Origin: Octopus sinensis
Taxonomy: Eukaryota
Length of the DNA stretch: 64,000 nt
Direction of reading: 5' to 3'
Assembly: GCF_006345805.1 (NCBI RefSeq)
Contig: NC_043016.1
Coordinates: 4,712,001-4,776,000, forward strand
Under the pieces are notes generated by a model. It saw only the letters and a program-made list of their open reading frames with translations, was not told where the DNA came from and did no database searches. A program made the translations under genes and the position numbers. Positions 41,030 through 53,723 of the stretch are shown in pieces; position 1 is the stretch's first letter, and every line of letters begins with the position of its first letter.

Positions 41030-42330
41030 TATGGATCCTGCCAAACGCAGTTTTCTTTCAGGTTCATGACGCTACTAGGGCCAATACCTCCCCACACCCT
41101 CAACGTTGGCACACTGAAAGGCAGATCTGGAGAGATCGTTGAATTGCTTGAACGGAGGTGTGTCAAATATGGGCTGTATTCAAGAAGTGAGGTGGAGAGG
41201 AGGTTCTGCTAGGTTCCTCACAGGCAAGGGACAGAGGTACAAGATTTTCTGGGATGAGAATACTGATGGGGTCAGGGGTGTGGGTATACTTATCGCCGAA
41301 AAAATGGGTAGATAGGAATCGAGGTATAGTCAGAGTATGTGACAGAATACTTAAGATTAGATTAGTGCTCCATCATAGTTTAGCAACTATTATATCGGCC
41401 TATGCCCCTCAGCCAGGGCTACCCGATGGACAGAAAGACCGTTTCTATGACACCCTACTGCAGACCACCTCATTGACGAACGACAGGGACCTTCTCTTTG
41501 GGCTGGTGACTTCAATGGGTATGTTGGACGATATGATGGGGGCTTCCATGGCGTACATGGAAGCTACGGTTATGGTTCCTGCAATGAGGAGGGAACTTTA
41601 GGTCTCACCAAGGAAATGACTAGAGACCGAGACCTATGGAAGTATGCTATGCGTGGGAAGACCCAGCAAGACTAGTGAGACCATAACCCGTGGCCTCTAC
41701 CTGGTATGTAGCCAGTCGACTTATACATACCTTTCCTTCTTGGGACACAGAACTCCACTTGTGAAGACCCGTTGAGACAAGTGAAAATCAAAATCAAAAT
41801 CAAAATCAAAATCAAACCAAATCAAATCAGATATCAGAAAGCAGAACCAAAATCGAAGTCAATCAACATCAATGGAAATTGCGGCTGTGATACCAGTGCC
41901 GGTGACAAGTAAGCGAACCATCCGATCGTGGCCATTGCCAGTGCCGCCCCGACTGGCCTCCGTGCTGGAGGCACGTAAAAAGCACCATCCGTTCGTGGCC
42001 GTTGCCAGCCTCGCTTGGCCCCTGTGCCGGTGGCATGTAGCACCATCCATTCGTGGCCATTGCCAACCTCGCCTGGCCCCCATGCCAGTGGCACGTAAAA
42101 AGCACCATCCGTCCATGGCCGTTTGCCAGCTCCGTCTGGCACCTGTGCCGGTGGCACGTAAAAAGCACCCACTATACTCACGGAGTGGTTGGCGTTAGGA
42201 AGGGCATCCAGCCGTAGAAACATTACCAGATCAGACTGGGCCTGATGCAGCCTTCTGGCTTCACAGACCCCAGTTGAACCATCCAACCCATGCTAGCATG
42301 GAAGGTGGATGCTAAATGATGATGATGATG
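41030..42330 (+). mobile_element. Internally deleted RTE LINE: APE endonuclease remnant, ORF C-terminus and family D 3' UTR
   Basis: 41095-41598 reads TLNVGTLKGRSGEIVELLERR..IQEVRWRGG..DRILKIRL..IISAYAPQPG..GDFNGYVG..YGSCNEEG. It is joined directly to LGLTKEMTRDRDLWKYAM..*, then (aaaatc)n, a hairpin array and a (gat)n tail. Confidence 0.85.
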
Positions 42331-42450
42331 ATGATATATTTTATATATATATTATATATTATATTAATTATATTATTTTTGTTTTTTATGTTTTGGTTTA
42401 TGTCTATCACTGTTTTGAGTTGCCTAATAGTGGTTTTATCTCTATTTAAG

Positions 42451-42504
<54 letters not shown>

Positions 42505-42519
42505 ATAATATTAGGGAGT

Positions 42520-42619
42520 NNNNNNNNNNNNNNNNNNNNNNNNNNNNNNNNNNNNNNNNNNNNNNNNNNNNNNNNNNNNNNNNNNNNNNNNNNNNNNNNN
42601 NNNNNNNNNNNNNNNNNNN
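42520..42619. other. Assembly gap (100 N)
   Basis: Run of N. Confidence 1.
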
Positions 42620-43727
42620 AGAAGAAAGAAAGAAAACAGAAAAGGAAATAGATAAATAGAGAAAGAAAGAAAGAAAGAAGGAAAAAAGGAAATAAATAAA
42701 GAAAGAAAGAAAGAAGGAAAGTAAGAAAGAAAGAAAGAAAGAAAGAAAGAAAAACATGTGCGAGAAAGTAAAGGTTGATCTCATCCTGGTTACAATCATG
42801 ATTGAGATGACAAAGACCCGACCAGGGAAAATACCTGACCACACACGGAAGGCATGGGACGAATCATATGTTGAAAAACAAAAAGCCCCACAGGCAATGA
42901 CGAAGACTGTCTTTTAAATATGTATATATATATATGTCTACATGTATTTTGTATATGTGTGTATATATGCGAGTGTATATATGTCAAGTCCACTTCTGCC
43001 TCCTCTTTAACATATCAACACCGTCTCATCTCTCTCTCTTACTCATTTCTGTCTCATTCTTATCTCTATTAGTCATCTCTCCGGCACTCAAGCCGTTCGT
43101 ATAACGACGGATGATATGGGACCCACCCACATTTTATCTCCATATAATTGCAATTTTCTTGCTCACCACGAGCTCTCTCTCATATATAAGAGACTGCACT
43201 AGACCGTTGTACCCCATAACGCTCTACCTTCAATCTTTTTCACTTAAGCACACATGTATCAAGTACAATATATATATATATATATATATATTATATAGTT
43301 ATCAGCACAATATAGGGTGAAATTAATTAATTTGGCACGGACTTTGTCAGTGAAGAGGTCGCGGATTTTAGCGACGAAATATTTTGACAAATTAAACTTA
43401 ATGTTTGAAGTGAATCGAACGGTTTTTGTGTGTTTCTTAAATGGCTTATAAACAACCTTCCACGCCTTGCAATTGTTTTCGTTTCAGCACACGATCTCAG
43501 ATCAAATTACTTGCTATGCGAGTACATCTCCGTAATAATTAATTTGGAATAATCATTAATTACCCCAAGTAGATTTCGGCATGTAAAAGCCTCATTCGAG
43601 AAAGTTTAAGTAATACTAAGTATTAAGGGTTTAGCAACGAATTGCCTCACCACACACCGAATTTAGAAATAGCAGTCAAAGAGTTATAGCTATTCTTTCT
43701 ACTAAAAGGGAGATCTCAGTAAGGAGA

Positions 43728-43819
<92 letters not shown>

Positions 43820-43842
43820 TTATATTATATATATATATGGTA

Positions 43843-43873
<31 letters not shown>

Positions 43874-43882
43874 TATATATAT

Positions 43883-43929
<47 letters not shown>

Positions 43930-44691
43930 GTATGTATCACTTGTAGGTCCCATTTGTCATTGTATTAATTAACTTTAATTATCTTATCTGCCTCTCTCTC
44001 CTGGTTTTAATCATATTATATATATATATATATATCCATGTGAGGTTTATGTGTATAATGTATGAATCGATGCCTCACGCTCTCTTTTTATTTGGGGTCA
44101 GCACTTTTCGTGGGTTAGCAATTAGCTATACATTATGGCTATACATTATGGCTATAATGTATAACATGACTCACGAACGTTCCCTGTTTTACATGTGCTT
44201 TTCGAAATTATATTTTCTTTAGTTTTATACTGAAGATTCGTTTGGTTTGTTAAACATTTTGATTTCTATGATAAACAATGGATTGGGTTTATGGAGGAAG
44301 AAAGCCATGTTCATTCTGTTGTCGTATCTCAGATATTTTTGTTTTTGAGTATTTCCCAAATCAAGCAACTGTTTCTCCTTCATTTTTCCCACATCAATTC
44401 GTTTTCCCGAAGTTCTTCCAGTCCTTCTGCCCACTGCTCTTCTTTTTATCACACTTCTCCCTCTCTGTCTCTGTCTGTCTCTCTCTCTCCCCCTCTCCAC
44501 CCCCCTCGCTCTCCCCTCTCTCCTCTCTCAGTTTGTGCTCATTCATGTTGATTCTTCTTCATCCATTGTTTCAGCACTGACAATATGCTCCGCAGAAACG
44601 ACCCACCGTCAACTTCAAAGCTATTTGATGTCAAATAAAGCACAGTTAATGCAAAACAAGTGCAAACTGTTCTGATTCTGAAAGGACTTTT

Positions 44692-44747
<56 letters not shown>

Positions 44748-45440
44748 CATTTTTTTTTTTTTTATAACTTTCGATTAATGCGAAATTGCCCGATTTAAAT
44801 CTTTGGTTGTTTATTTTGTATATCCGAATACAGGATTGAAAAGAAACTGTTCTGAATATTGAGACGTAAATACTTTGCAATTTCAAGGCGCCTTCATTAT
44901 CCGCTCGCTGACCATGATATCATATGTGGATGTCATGCTTATTTCTTGCACAATCCTTTGCTCCAGCCGCCAATGTTTATAATTTCTTTGAGAAATCTGC
45001 TGTGGTGCAGACGGTCATAAAACAGAGAACAGGTGGCTAGTATCTGTTTACACAAAGTCCCTTCATTGAGAAGCTAGTCAACGTGTTAGCCTTGACCTAA
45101 AGGCATACAAGCCACGTCTTGAAAAAAACGGTTCAATTTCCAAATAGACTTAAGGAGAAACAAGGACTGTTCAAGGAGTGTTCACTTTCTTTGAGAAACA
45201 AATGTTCTGTAGCTCAGCAGCTATATGACCATCAGTAGAATAAAAATAAGAATTAAAAAACAAACACACGCTATCTCAACAATTATTTGAAACATAAAGA
45301 ATTTCGGCAAGAAAACCATTTGAACGTTTAAATCAATAAAGTTTCATGGAATCCTTTCCAGCAAGCCATGGGAAAATAGACTTAAAAACAGTGGCGAAGA
45401 TGATGACGATGAGGAGGAAGATGATTATATATGTTATATA

Positions 45441-46829
45441 TCTCTTATTATAAAAGGCAGATTTTATCTGCCTCCCTTTGGGAGTTATACAAATCTACAA
45501 TATAGGATTTCTTCAATTACAATTACCTAGCAATTTTAAGAGTACAATGCATCGCGTCATGCCAGGTCCAGTTTTTTAAAATTTAAACTCCAATTAAGCA
45601 AATTTACAGAAAACTCACATTCTGGTGTGTGTGTCAAATGCTTTTCTTAGTCTGGTTTACACCACACGCAAACGCACACACACACAAAGGGAGCGAATTG
45701 TTTCATTGACGCTATCATCACACCTTCTCCTCCTTTGTCTTTGCAAGTTGGCAGCTATTAAAGTGGAAAACATGAATCCGACAGCGATAAAGAAAACGAA
45801 TTGGTACCTGAATGGAGTGAAAATTTTAAAAACTGTTTTCTTTCGGTGAGTTTTTCTGAAGAAACTGGACCAAGCCACAGACTTTCCCAGAAGAGTAAAG
45901 CCTTAGACTATTCTATTTACTTTTTCGAATGAGCCTATTTGAAATCATTACGGCAGAAACGAACTGTTACGCTAAACGTAAACAAACCGAAAAAAGGATA
46001 GTTTGTTATTTCCCACAACCTTAAATGAAATTAAGACTATTTTGCCGTAAATATTATTATGGGTATCAGAAAGTTACCCAGAATAACAAATTCTATCGTA
46101 AAATTTTGTTGTATACCCAATTGAATATTAGCTAATAACCCATTTTCTATAGCGATGTTTGAACAAAATTTTAATAATTTTACAGAAAGTTACCCAGAAT
46201 AACAATTCTATCGTAAATTTTGTTGTATATACCCAATTGAATATTAGCTAATAACCCATTTTCTATAGCGATGTTTGAACAAAATTTTAATAATTTTACA
46301 GAAAGTTACCCAGAATAACAAATTCTATTGTAAAATTTTGTTGTATACCCAATTGAATATTAGCTAATAACCCATTTTCTATAGCGATGTTTGAACAAAA
46401 TTTTAATAATTTTACCGAAAGTTACCCAGAATAACAAATTCTAATCGTAAAATTTTGTTGTATACCCAATTGAATATTAGCTAATAACCCATTTTCTATA
46501 GCGATGTTTGAACAAAATTTAATAATTTTACAGAAAGTTACCCAGAATAACAAACGAGCCCTTCTGGGTATTAGCGCGCGTCTACGATGAGTCTACGATT
46601 TTAAAAAAAATACCATCATATTTTCCATTTTAATGCATTTTTTTCGCTTTATATAAGGGAAGTAACTCTCTAAAAATATCTACGATGTGTCAACGATTTA
46701 AAGAAAAATTTACCTTAATTTTTTTTCAATTTTTAATGCATTTTTTTGCTACTTTTTGGCTATAACTCTCTAAAAATGCTTATATAGTTATTTCCCTTAC
46801 AACCCGAGCAACGCCGGGCGATACTCTAG
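45441..46829 (+). mobile_element. Non-autonomous Helitron 1
   Basis: A|TCtcttattataaaag start; subterminal hairpin cccgagcaacgccggg (46803-46818); CTAG|T end. Confidence 0.85.
46068..46554 (+). repeat. 116-bp minisatellite, ~4.2 copies, inside Helitron 1
   Basis: Unit starts at 46068, 46184, 46300, 46416 and 46532. Confidence 0.95.
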
Positions 46830-46901
46830 TATATATATATATTATATCTATATATATATATATATATCTATATATATATATATAATATATATATATATAT
46901 A

Positions 46902-46936
<35 letters not shown>

Positions 46937-46937
<1 letters not shown>

Positions 46938-46979
46938 CTAGCACTATGACTATGACCCGACACGCCAGGTCAGTGCTAG
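46937..46979 (+). mobile_element. Isolated Helitron 3' terminus or 43-bp micro-Helitron
   Basis: a|TCtagcactatgactatgacccgacacgccaggtcagtgCTAG|t, homologous to the end of Helitron 2. Confidence 0.6.
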
Positions 46980-47379
46980 TGCATGCATATACAGCTGCGT
47001 GTGTGCACACATACACGCGAGTACTGTCCAAATCTCCGACCAATCACATACAGCTGCTGGCATCCCATTGGCGTATCAAGTTTCGGGCATTTTGATTGGA
47101 TTTTGGATAGAAAATTCACAAAAAAAGTCACTTCTATTGATTTTAATGACTTTGCGTGGTAACTGGGGAAATGTAAAGATGTGCACACGACCACCCTTGG
47201 ACGGTTTTGAATGACCATAGAAAGTGTGAGCTCTCTAGCTGAAAAATTGTGGATTTGTATAAAGGACACACCACATTTTGCCATTTATATATGGAGAGAT
47301 AAATATATATATATATATATATGCATATATGCTTACGTATATGTAACATATTTACATATCATACTAGTATATAATATAT

Positions 47380-47428
<49 letters not shown>

Positions 47429-47614
47429 TATATATATGCACATGTGGGCATAGGACGTCACAAAACGTGTACACACAAGTACGAAGCACGACTACGTGTA
47501 AATTGAACTATTCTTTCGAACAACGAAAGACACAAATGGAAAACAAACAAATAACATAAAAAACGACCTTTTATCAAGTCTTTGCATTTCGAGCATTTAA
47601 CAACATTATATATA

Positions 47615-48626
47615 TCTCTATATATAAAACTGAGAATGTGTGTCTGTCTGTCTGTCTGTGTGTTTCCCTAAAACTTGAGAACTACACAACCAATTTCATT
47701 CAAATTTTACACATGCCTTACTTAGGGTCCATGTAGTTTAATGGGCAAAAAAATGTTCAACTTCTTGCCTAGAGCGAGCCCATAGCAATATCATATCTTC
47801 TCCACTATTTCAGTTTACGTGTTAAAAGTGAAACAAAAACATTTCTCTATTTATGTCAGATACTTTCACTTTAACATAAAAATAATAATAACAATTGAAT
47901 TATATGTAGTAAGTAATAATTAAAATCAAACTAAAGTATAATATAATCGTAACATAACAAAAGTAAAAATAGCAATTGGTATAAAATTGCATCAATGACT
48001 TGAACTTGAATAAGTGGTTTCACATGAATGGGAATAAATTAAAAATAAAATTACCGTGCAGAAATGGATAATAAAAAATTAAATTAAAGAAAAGACTATT
48101 GTCTATAAAGTATACAATGTAGAGAAAAAAGAAGATTTGAACACCTGGAGGAAAGCACCATTCAAAAGTGTCTTGGTGCGACTATGAAAGATATCTAACC
48201 AGAGGCGGTAAATTCGCCACAATAGAAGCAAAGTTTGAGTCAACGGAGCGTGCAAGGGAGTACTCGACTCGAACTTGCAAAGTGGAAATATTTTATTTTT
48301 ACCTTTATATCTGGGACATAGGACGTGCTGGATAAAAATTAAAAATGCCCTTCCCCTGAAGTTGAGGTAGGCTGGATTGTAGCCACATTTCTATACAAGA
48401 TGGAGGACAAGATACAATTGATCAAATTACAAGAGACGGGCTAACAATTCCAGTCTGTTATATATTTTGAATATTGTTATCACTAGCGATATCAAGATAT
48501 AACTTTGTATTTTGTATTTTATGTGTAGATGTATATATATAGATGTACATGTAATATGTACACATATATATACACATATATCATGCACTAGCACTATGAC
48601 CCGGCAACGACGGGTCATAATGCTAG
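47615..48626 (+). mobile_element. Non-autonomous Helitron 2
   Basis: A|TCtctatatataaaac start with (gtct)n; terminal hairpin ctagcactatgacccg-gcaacga-cgggtcataatgCTAG|T. Confidence 0.85.
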
Positions 48627-48631
48627 TATAT

Positions 48632-48664
<33 letters not shown>

Positions 48665-48785
48665 AATTATTATTATTTAAGGGAATAAAATCCAAACTAC
48701 AAGGAAAAGAATTCAATTTAGAAATACTAAATTAAATTACACACATTATAATATATATATAAATATTAGAAAAAAACTACTTTTA

Positions 48786-48903
48786 TCAATTCAAAATGAA
48801 TAATTAAATTACACCATCTAGAAAATTACATATAATAGAAAAGTTTTTTCCTATTATATGTAATTTTCTAGATGGTGTAATTTAATTATTTATTTTGAAT
48901 TGA
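48786..48903. repeat. AT-rich hairpin (53-bp arms, 12-nt loop)
   Basis: tcaattcaaaat..catataatag / ctattatatg..attttgaattga. Confidence 0.9.
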
Positions 48904-48931
48904 CAAAAGGTGGTTTTGTTTTTTCTATATA

Positions 48932-48966
<35 letters not shown>

Positions 48967-49051
48967 ATAATATATTTATATATATTGATAAAACGGTAAG
49001 ATAACAAAAGAAAGAAAGAGACCTCAATATTAGTAATATAGGAAATTTATC

Positions 49052-49902
49052 TATACAATATGTTCCATTACTCGGTAGTGAAGATAAAACTCTGAGTTTC
49101 AGATGCCGAAGTGGAAATCCACAACACCATCTCTTCGGTTATCTGGCTATTTGAAAACGTTATGAAAAATCCGTTAAATAAAGGGAAATTACTCTGTTAT
49201 AACTCTGCTTGCCTGCGTACTTATACTCGCTCGCATTTTTCGTCATAAAAATTATATAAAAATACATAAAAAATATATAAAAAATATATATATAAAAATA
49301 TATAAATTCTTCTTGGGACATAACATAGAAAGCATATTCTATATCCTTTTTCTTTAGGGGACCAAAAACGTAACAGAAATTTAGTCACATGTGGGCATGA
49401 TCCGAAAAGCTCTGTCCTTGTATTTAGACATGTAGTAGGGTCTAAGCTTAGACCCTACTACATGTCTAAATACAATGTAGACCCTACTACATGTCTAAAT
49501 ACAAGGACAGAGCTTTTCGGATCATGTCTAAATACAAGGACAGAGCTTTTCGGATCATGCCCACATGTGACTAAATTTCTGTTACGTTTTTGGTCCCCTA
49601 AAGAAAACAGATAGAACATGCTTTCTATGTTATGTTTTCCAAGAAGAATTATATATTTTTATATATATTTTTTATATATATTTTATGTATTTTTATATAA
49701 TTTTTATGACGAAAAATGCGAGCGATGTATAAGTACGCAGGCAAGCAGAGTTATACAGAGTAATTTCCCTTTATTTAACGGTATTTTTTCATAACGTTTT
49801 CAAATAGCCAGATAACCGAAGAGATGGTGTTGTGGATTTCCACTTCGGCATCTGAAACTCAGAGTTTTATCTTGACTACTGAGTAATGTAACATATTGTA
49901 TA
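49052..49902. repeat. Spacerless ~850-bp palindrome
   Basis: Centre tctaag|cttaga at 49446/49447. The arms are reverse complements apart from small indels and two short duplications in the right arm. Confidence 0.92.
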
Positions 49903-50269
49903 TATATATATATATATAGGTTGTAAAGGCTTTTAAAGTATGAGTTCCTTTTCTGAAACTGCATGTTTCATTTCCAATTTCCCTACATTACTCAGTCATT
50001 TCACTTGATATTAAACTTGCTGTTAGGTTTTGTATTAAGTTCAAGATTTAAGTTTGGTGGAAGCGACTTCCACGTTACACATCATAACTTCAGTTTTGCA
50101 TAACAAATTCAGTTAGCATGCGTCAGTAATTTTGATATATCTTCATTCATCCATGCATAACACAAATAGGGAATACGTTTCTAGAATATGTTTTCAGCTG
50201 ACCAGCAGTTCTACGTTCTACGGTTCGAGGCTGCAAACTGTCTTCATTTTACACGAAAGCTCACACACG

Positions 50270-50286
50270 TACACACGCATGCATGC

Positions 50287-50318
<32 letters not shown>

Positions 50319-50403
50319 AAACACGCACACGCACACACACGCACACACACAAACGCACAAACACATACAAACACACAAACACACACACACACGCACACAC
50401 ACG

Positions 50404-50438
<35 letters not shown>

Positions 50439-50605
50439 CACACACACACGTACACCAACACACACACAACACGCCCACACACACACACCCACAAACACAC
50501 ACACACAACGTACACGCACACCCACACACACACGACAACCACACACCACACACACAAACCACAACAACACGTACACGCACACACACACACACACACACGC
50601 CACCC

Positions 50606-50636
<31 letters not shown>

Positions 50637-50828
50637 CACGTACACGCACACACACACACACGCAACACACACGTACACACGCACACACACACACACACAC
50701 GCACCACACACACACACCAAACACATACACCACACACAAACACATACACCACACAAACACACACACATACACACAAAAACACATACACACACACAAACAC
50801 ATACACACACAAACACACACACACACAG
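50270..50828. repeat. Degenerate (AC)n microsatellite
   Basis: Directly visible. Confidence 0.95.
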
Positions 50829-51261
50829 ATTGAAGGCAAAAGACTTGAATAAAATTCAGGCGAATACATGAGTATTTCACGTAAACGAAGCCCGGTTAAA
50901 AGATTATCTAATCAAGATTATAGTAATTCGCATAGGCTTTAATTCTGTGTGTTAAGTGCAAATTGTAAATCCAAAGATTATCACCAATTAGTATTTTTGG
51001 TGTATTAATCACGGAGTATATTAGTAACGAAATAAAGAAAAAAAACATTATATTCATATGATACTGTATTCACATACGAATGATTCGGGAGATACTGTTT
51101 CGTAAATTGACTGATTGAACGATCGATTAATACATCGATTTTAAGCATGCAAACTGCTCTGTATAATTCGCTGAGTTACTTTGCTGGGTCAGCTCACCGG
51201 ATTCAACTCGTTAGGTCACTTGAGACGTGTTTAAGTGAATAAAGTATTGTATAAATATCAT

Positions 51262-51468
51262 TAAACGAAGGCTTCGGTAATCAGCATGCAAGCATGAAAG
51301 AGAAGATCAGGAAGGAATGCTTTAGGAGAGTTCGAGCAGTCCTGAAATTTGATCTAAATGCACACAACTAGACGTTAGTCACAAATTCCTAAGCAATTTC
51401 AGTTGTTACTTATAGCTTCAACGTGCTGAAATGGACTATCAGTGAAATAAAGAAAATTGATAGAAAAA
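51262..51468 (+). repeat. 207-bp duplicate of 52504-52710
   Basis: Only a handful of substitutions distinguish the two copies. Confidence 0.9.
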
Positions 51469-51779
51469 ACACACACACACAGATAGATAGATAGATATAG
51501 ATGCGTGCACGCGCGCACGTGTGTATAGGCACAATTGCTTTTGGCTTGTTTACGTCCACGTAACTAAGCGGTTCGACATCAGGACCGATAAAATAAGTAT
51601 GATGCTTATGAAAATAAGAACAGGAGTCGATTCCTTCGATTAAAAACTTTCAAGACCACAGTCTTGACTGAAACAAGTAATATATACAAAAAGTTAGTCC
51701 AGCCGTCCAATGAATTATGATCAATCATAAAAAGAAACGCTTGATTTGGTAGCAAGCGTTTTTACCTACTCCTAAAGAA

Positions 51780-53723
51780 TAATGAAACCAAAGTAAAAAA
51801 AAACAACTTTCTACCCATAACCTGTTTATCCACCTGTTGTAAAATTTTAGCGTCTATTCTGGTGGAGAAAACATGTATTTTTGAAAGAGAACAATATTTT
51901 CCGCACTGAACAAAAGGAGTACCGACGATGCTCATATAGATAAAATGATCAACTCGTAATTGCATGATCCTTGAGAACTGTCATAACAAGCGCAGAAAGT
52001 TCAGTTCTGCGTAGATTGATTACAAAAATATTTTTGATAATATACTGCATTCATGGGTCCTGAAGTCGCTAAACATTTCTCCCGTAATTGCAAACTTCGT
52101 GAAACACGAATCTCCCATGATATCACTGCATTAGCATCAACTGTGGTATTTTCTAAGGTGACTCACTTTCACCTCTGATTTTCTGCATAGCTCTTATAAT
52201 ACCCCTTGCAAGTGAACTTAACAGAACAGTGTAATGGTATAAAAATTACAACAAGGAAATGAACCATTTATTTTCTATGAATGGCTTAAAATTCCATGAC
52301 AAAGCCAATGATGAGCCTGAAGACCGATAACGTTTTATGAAAGTATTTAGTGAGGACATGACATCGGATTAAAATTTGGTTTTGATAAATGTGCCACGGC
52401 CACTCTGAGAGAGCGAAACCGAAGATCTCACATTCAGTCGTGTTAGATGTTCAGATAGTTATAAAAGAACTTGAGCAGGCACAAACTTATTAACATCAAA
52501 GAATAAACGAAGGCTTTGGTAATCAGCATGCAAGCATGAAAGAGAAGATCAGGAAGGAATGCTTTAGGAGAGTTCGAGCAGTCCTGAAATTTGATCTAAA
52601 TGCACACAACAAGATGTTAGTCACAAATTCCTAAGCAATTTCAGTTGTTACTTATAGCTTCAACGTGCTGAAATGGACAATCAGTGAAATAAAGAAAATT
52701 GATAGAAAAATGCATAAATTGCTGAGTTGTAAAACGATGCGTCACTTGAAGGCAGACGTGGATCGTTTTTACCTCCCCAGAGGCCAAGAATGTCGAGGCT
52801 TGGTCCAATTTGAAATTTATTAGAAAATCACCACAATTGGACTGGCCAAATATCTTGAAACAACAAATGACTGGAAGCTAAAACTTGTTGAAAATCACGA
52901 CAGGCGTAAGAGGCTTTATTCTGTCTTGAAGGAGATAAAAACTTTGCTATTGAATAGCCTGAGGGAAGTGTAGAAACTGTTGTTGCAAAGGTGAAACTAA
53001 TGAAAAAAGAAAAATGCACATGAACAACTGGCTGGTCTGTGGGAACATAAACCTCTGTTCGGCGAATATGTAGCCAATAGCAAACAAACTGATGTTGACC
53101 AGAAGCACGCCTATCAGTAGCTACGAAGCTCAGGGCTAAAGGTAAAGATAGAAGACTTGATCTTAGTTGCTCAAGATCATTACTTAATGAGCCGGAAGGG
53201 ATGAAAATGGAGTTGACCCAAAGTACCCATACTGCAACGATGAGAATGAAACAGTGGACCACCTAATCTCTGGGTGTAAGGTTTTAGCACCAATAGTGTA
53301 TAATTTCGAGATATGACAGAGTTGGCTAATATCTACTCTGGTTAATATATCAGCATTATAAAATCAAAACTGTTGACAAATGGTACAAACACCAGCCTGA
53401 GGATGTATGTAATTAAGAGAGATGTAACTTTCCTTTAATAAAATATGCTTATTGATTGGCACGAGTGTTCCTGGTGATCATACGAGCTTGGCAAAAGAAT
53501 TTGATAAGCTCAAAAAATATAAAGATTTGCTCATAGAAATCGAAAAGAATGTGGCATCTCAAGGCGATTACAATATCAGTGATTGTAAGAGTTTTTGGAA
53601 TGATCAAAAAAGGGAACTGGAAATTATTTGAGAAATGATCTCTGGCTTGGCATCCATGCAAGAAGTGCAAAAGATTGTTTTAATCGGGAGGTCATTATAT
53701 TGAGGAGAGCATTATCGATGTGA
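51780..53723 (+). pseudogene. Decayed R4/Dong-like LINE (RT core, CCHC finger, restriction-like endonuclease)
   Basis: LPITCLSTCCKILASI..EQKG..IDYKNIFD..GDSLSPLIFCIAL..NHLFSMNGLK..KADVDRFYLPRG..ETVDHLISGCKVLA..KYKDLLIEIEK.WHLK..LRRALSM*. Confidence 0.85.

Noticed and set aside
41890-42170. CRISPR-like repeat-spacer appearance of the gtgccggtggcacgtaaaaagcac arrays
   Set aside because: The linkers are homologous to one another, the array is part of a retroelement 3' UTR, the context is eukaryotic and no cas genes are present.
43305-43580. Possible mariner-type MITE starting tatagggtgaaattaatt
   Set aside because: I could not find a convincing matching TIR and TA TSD at the other end.
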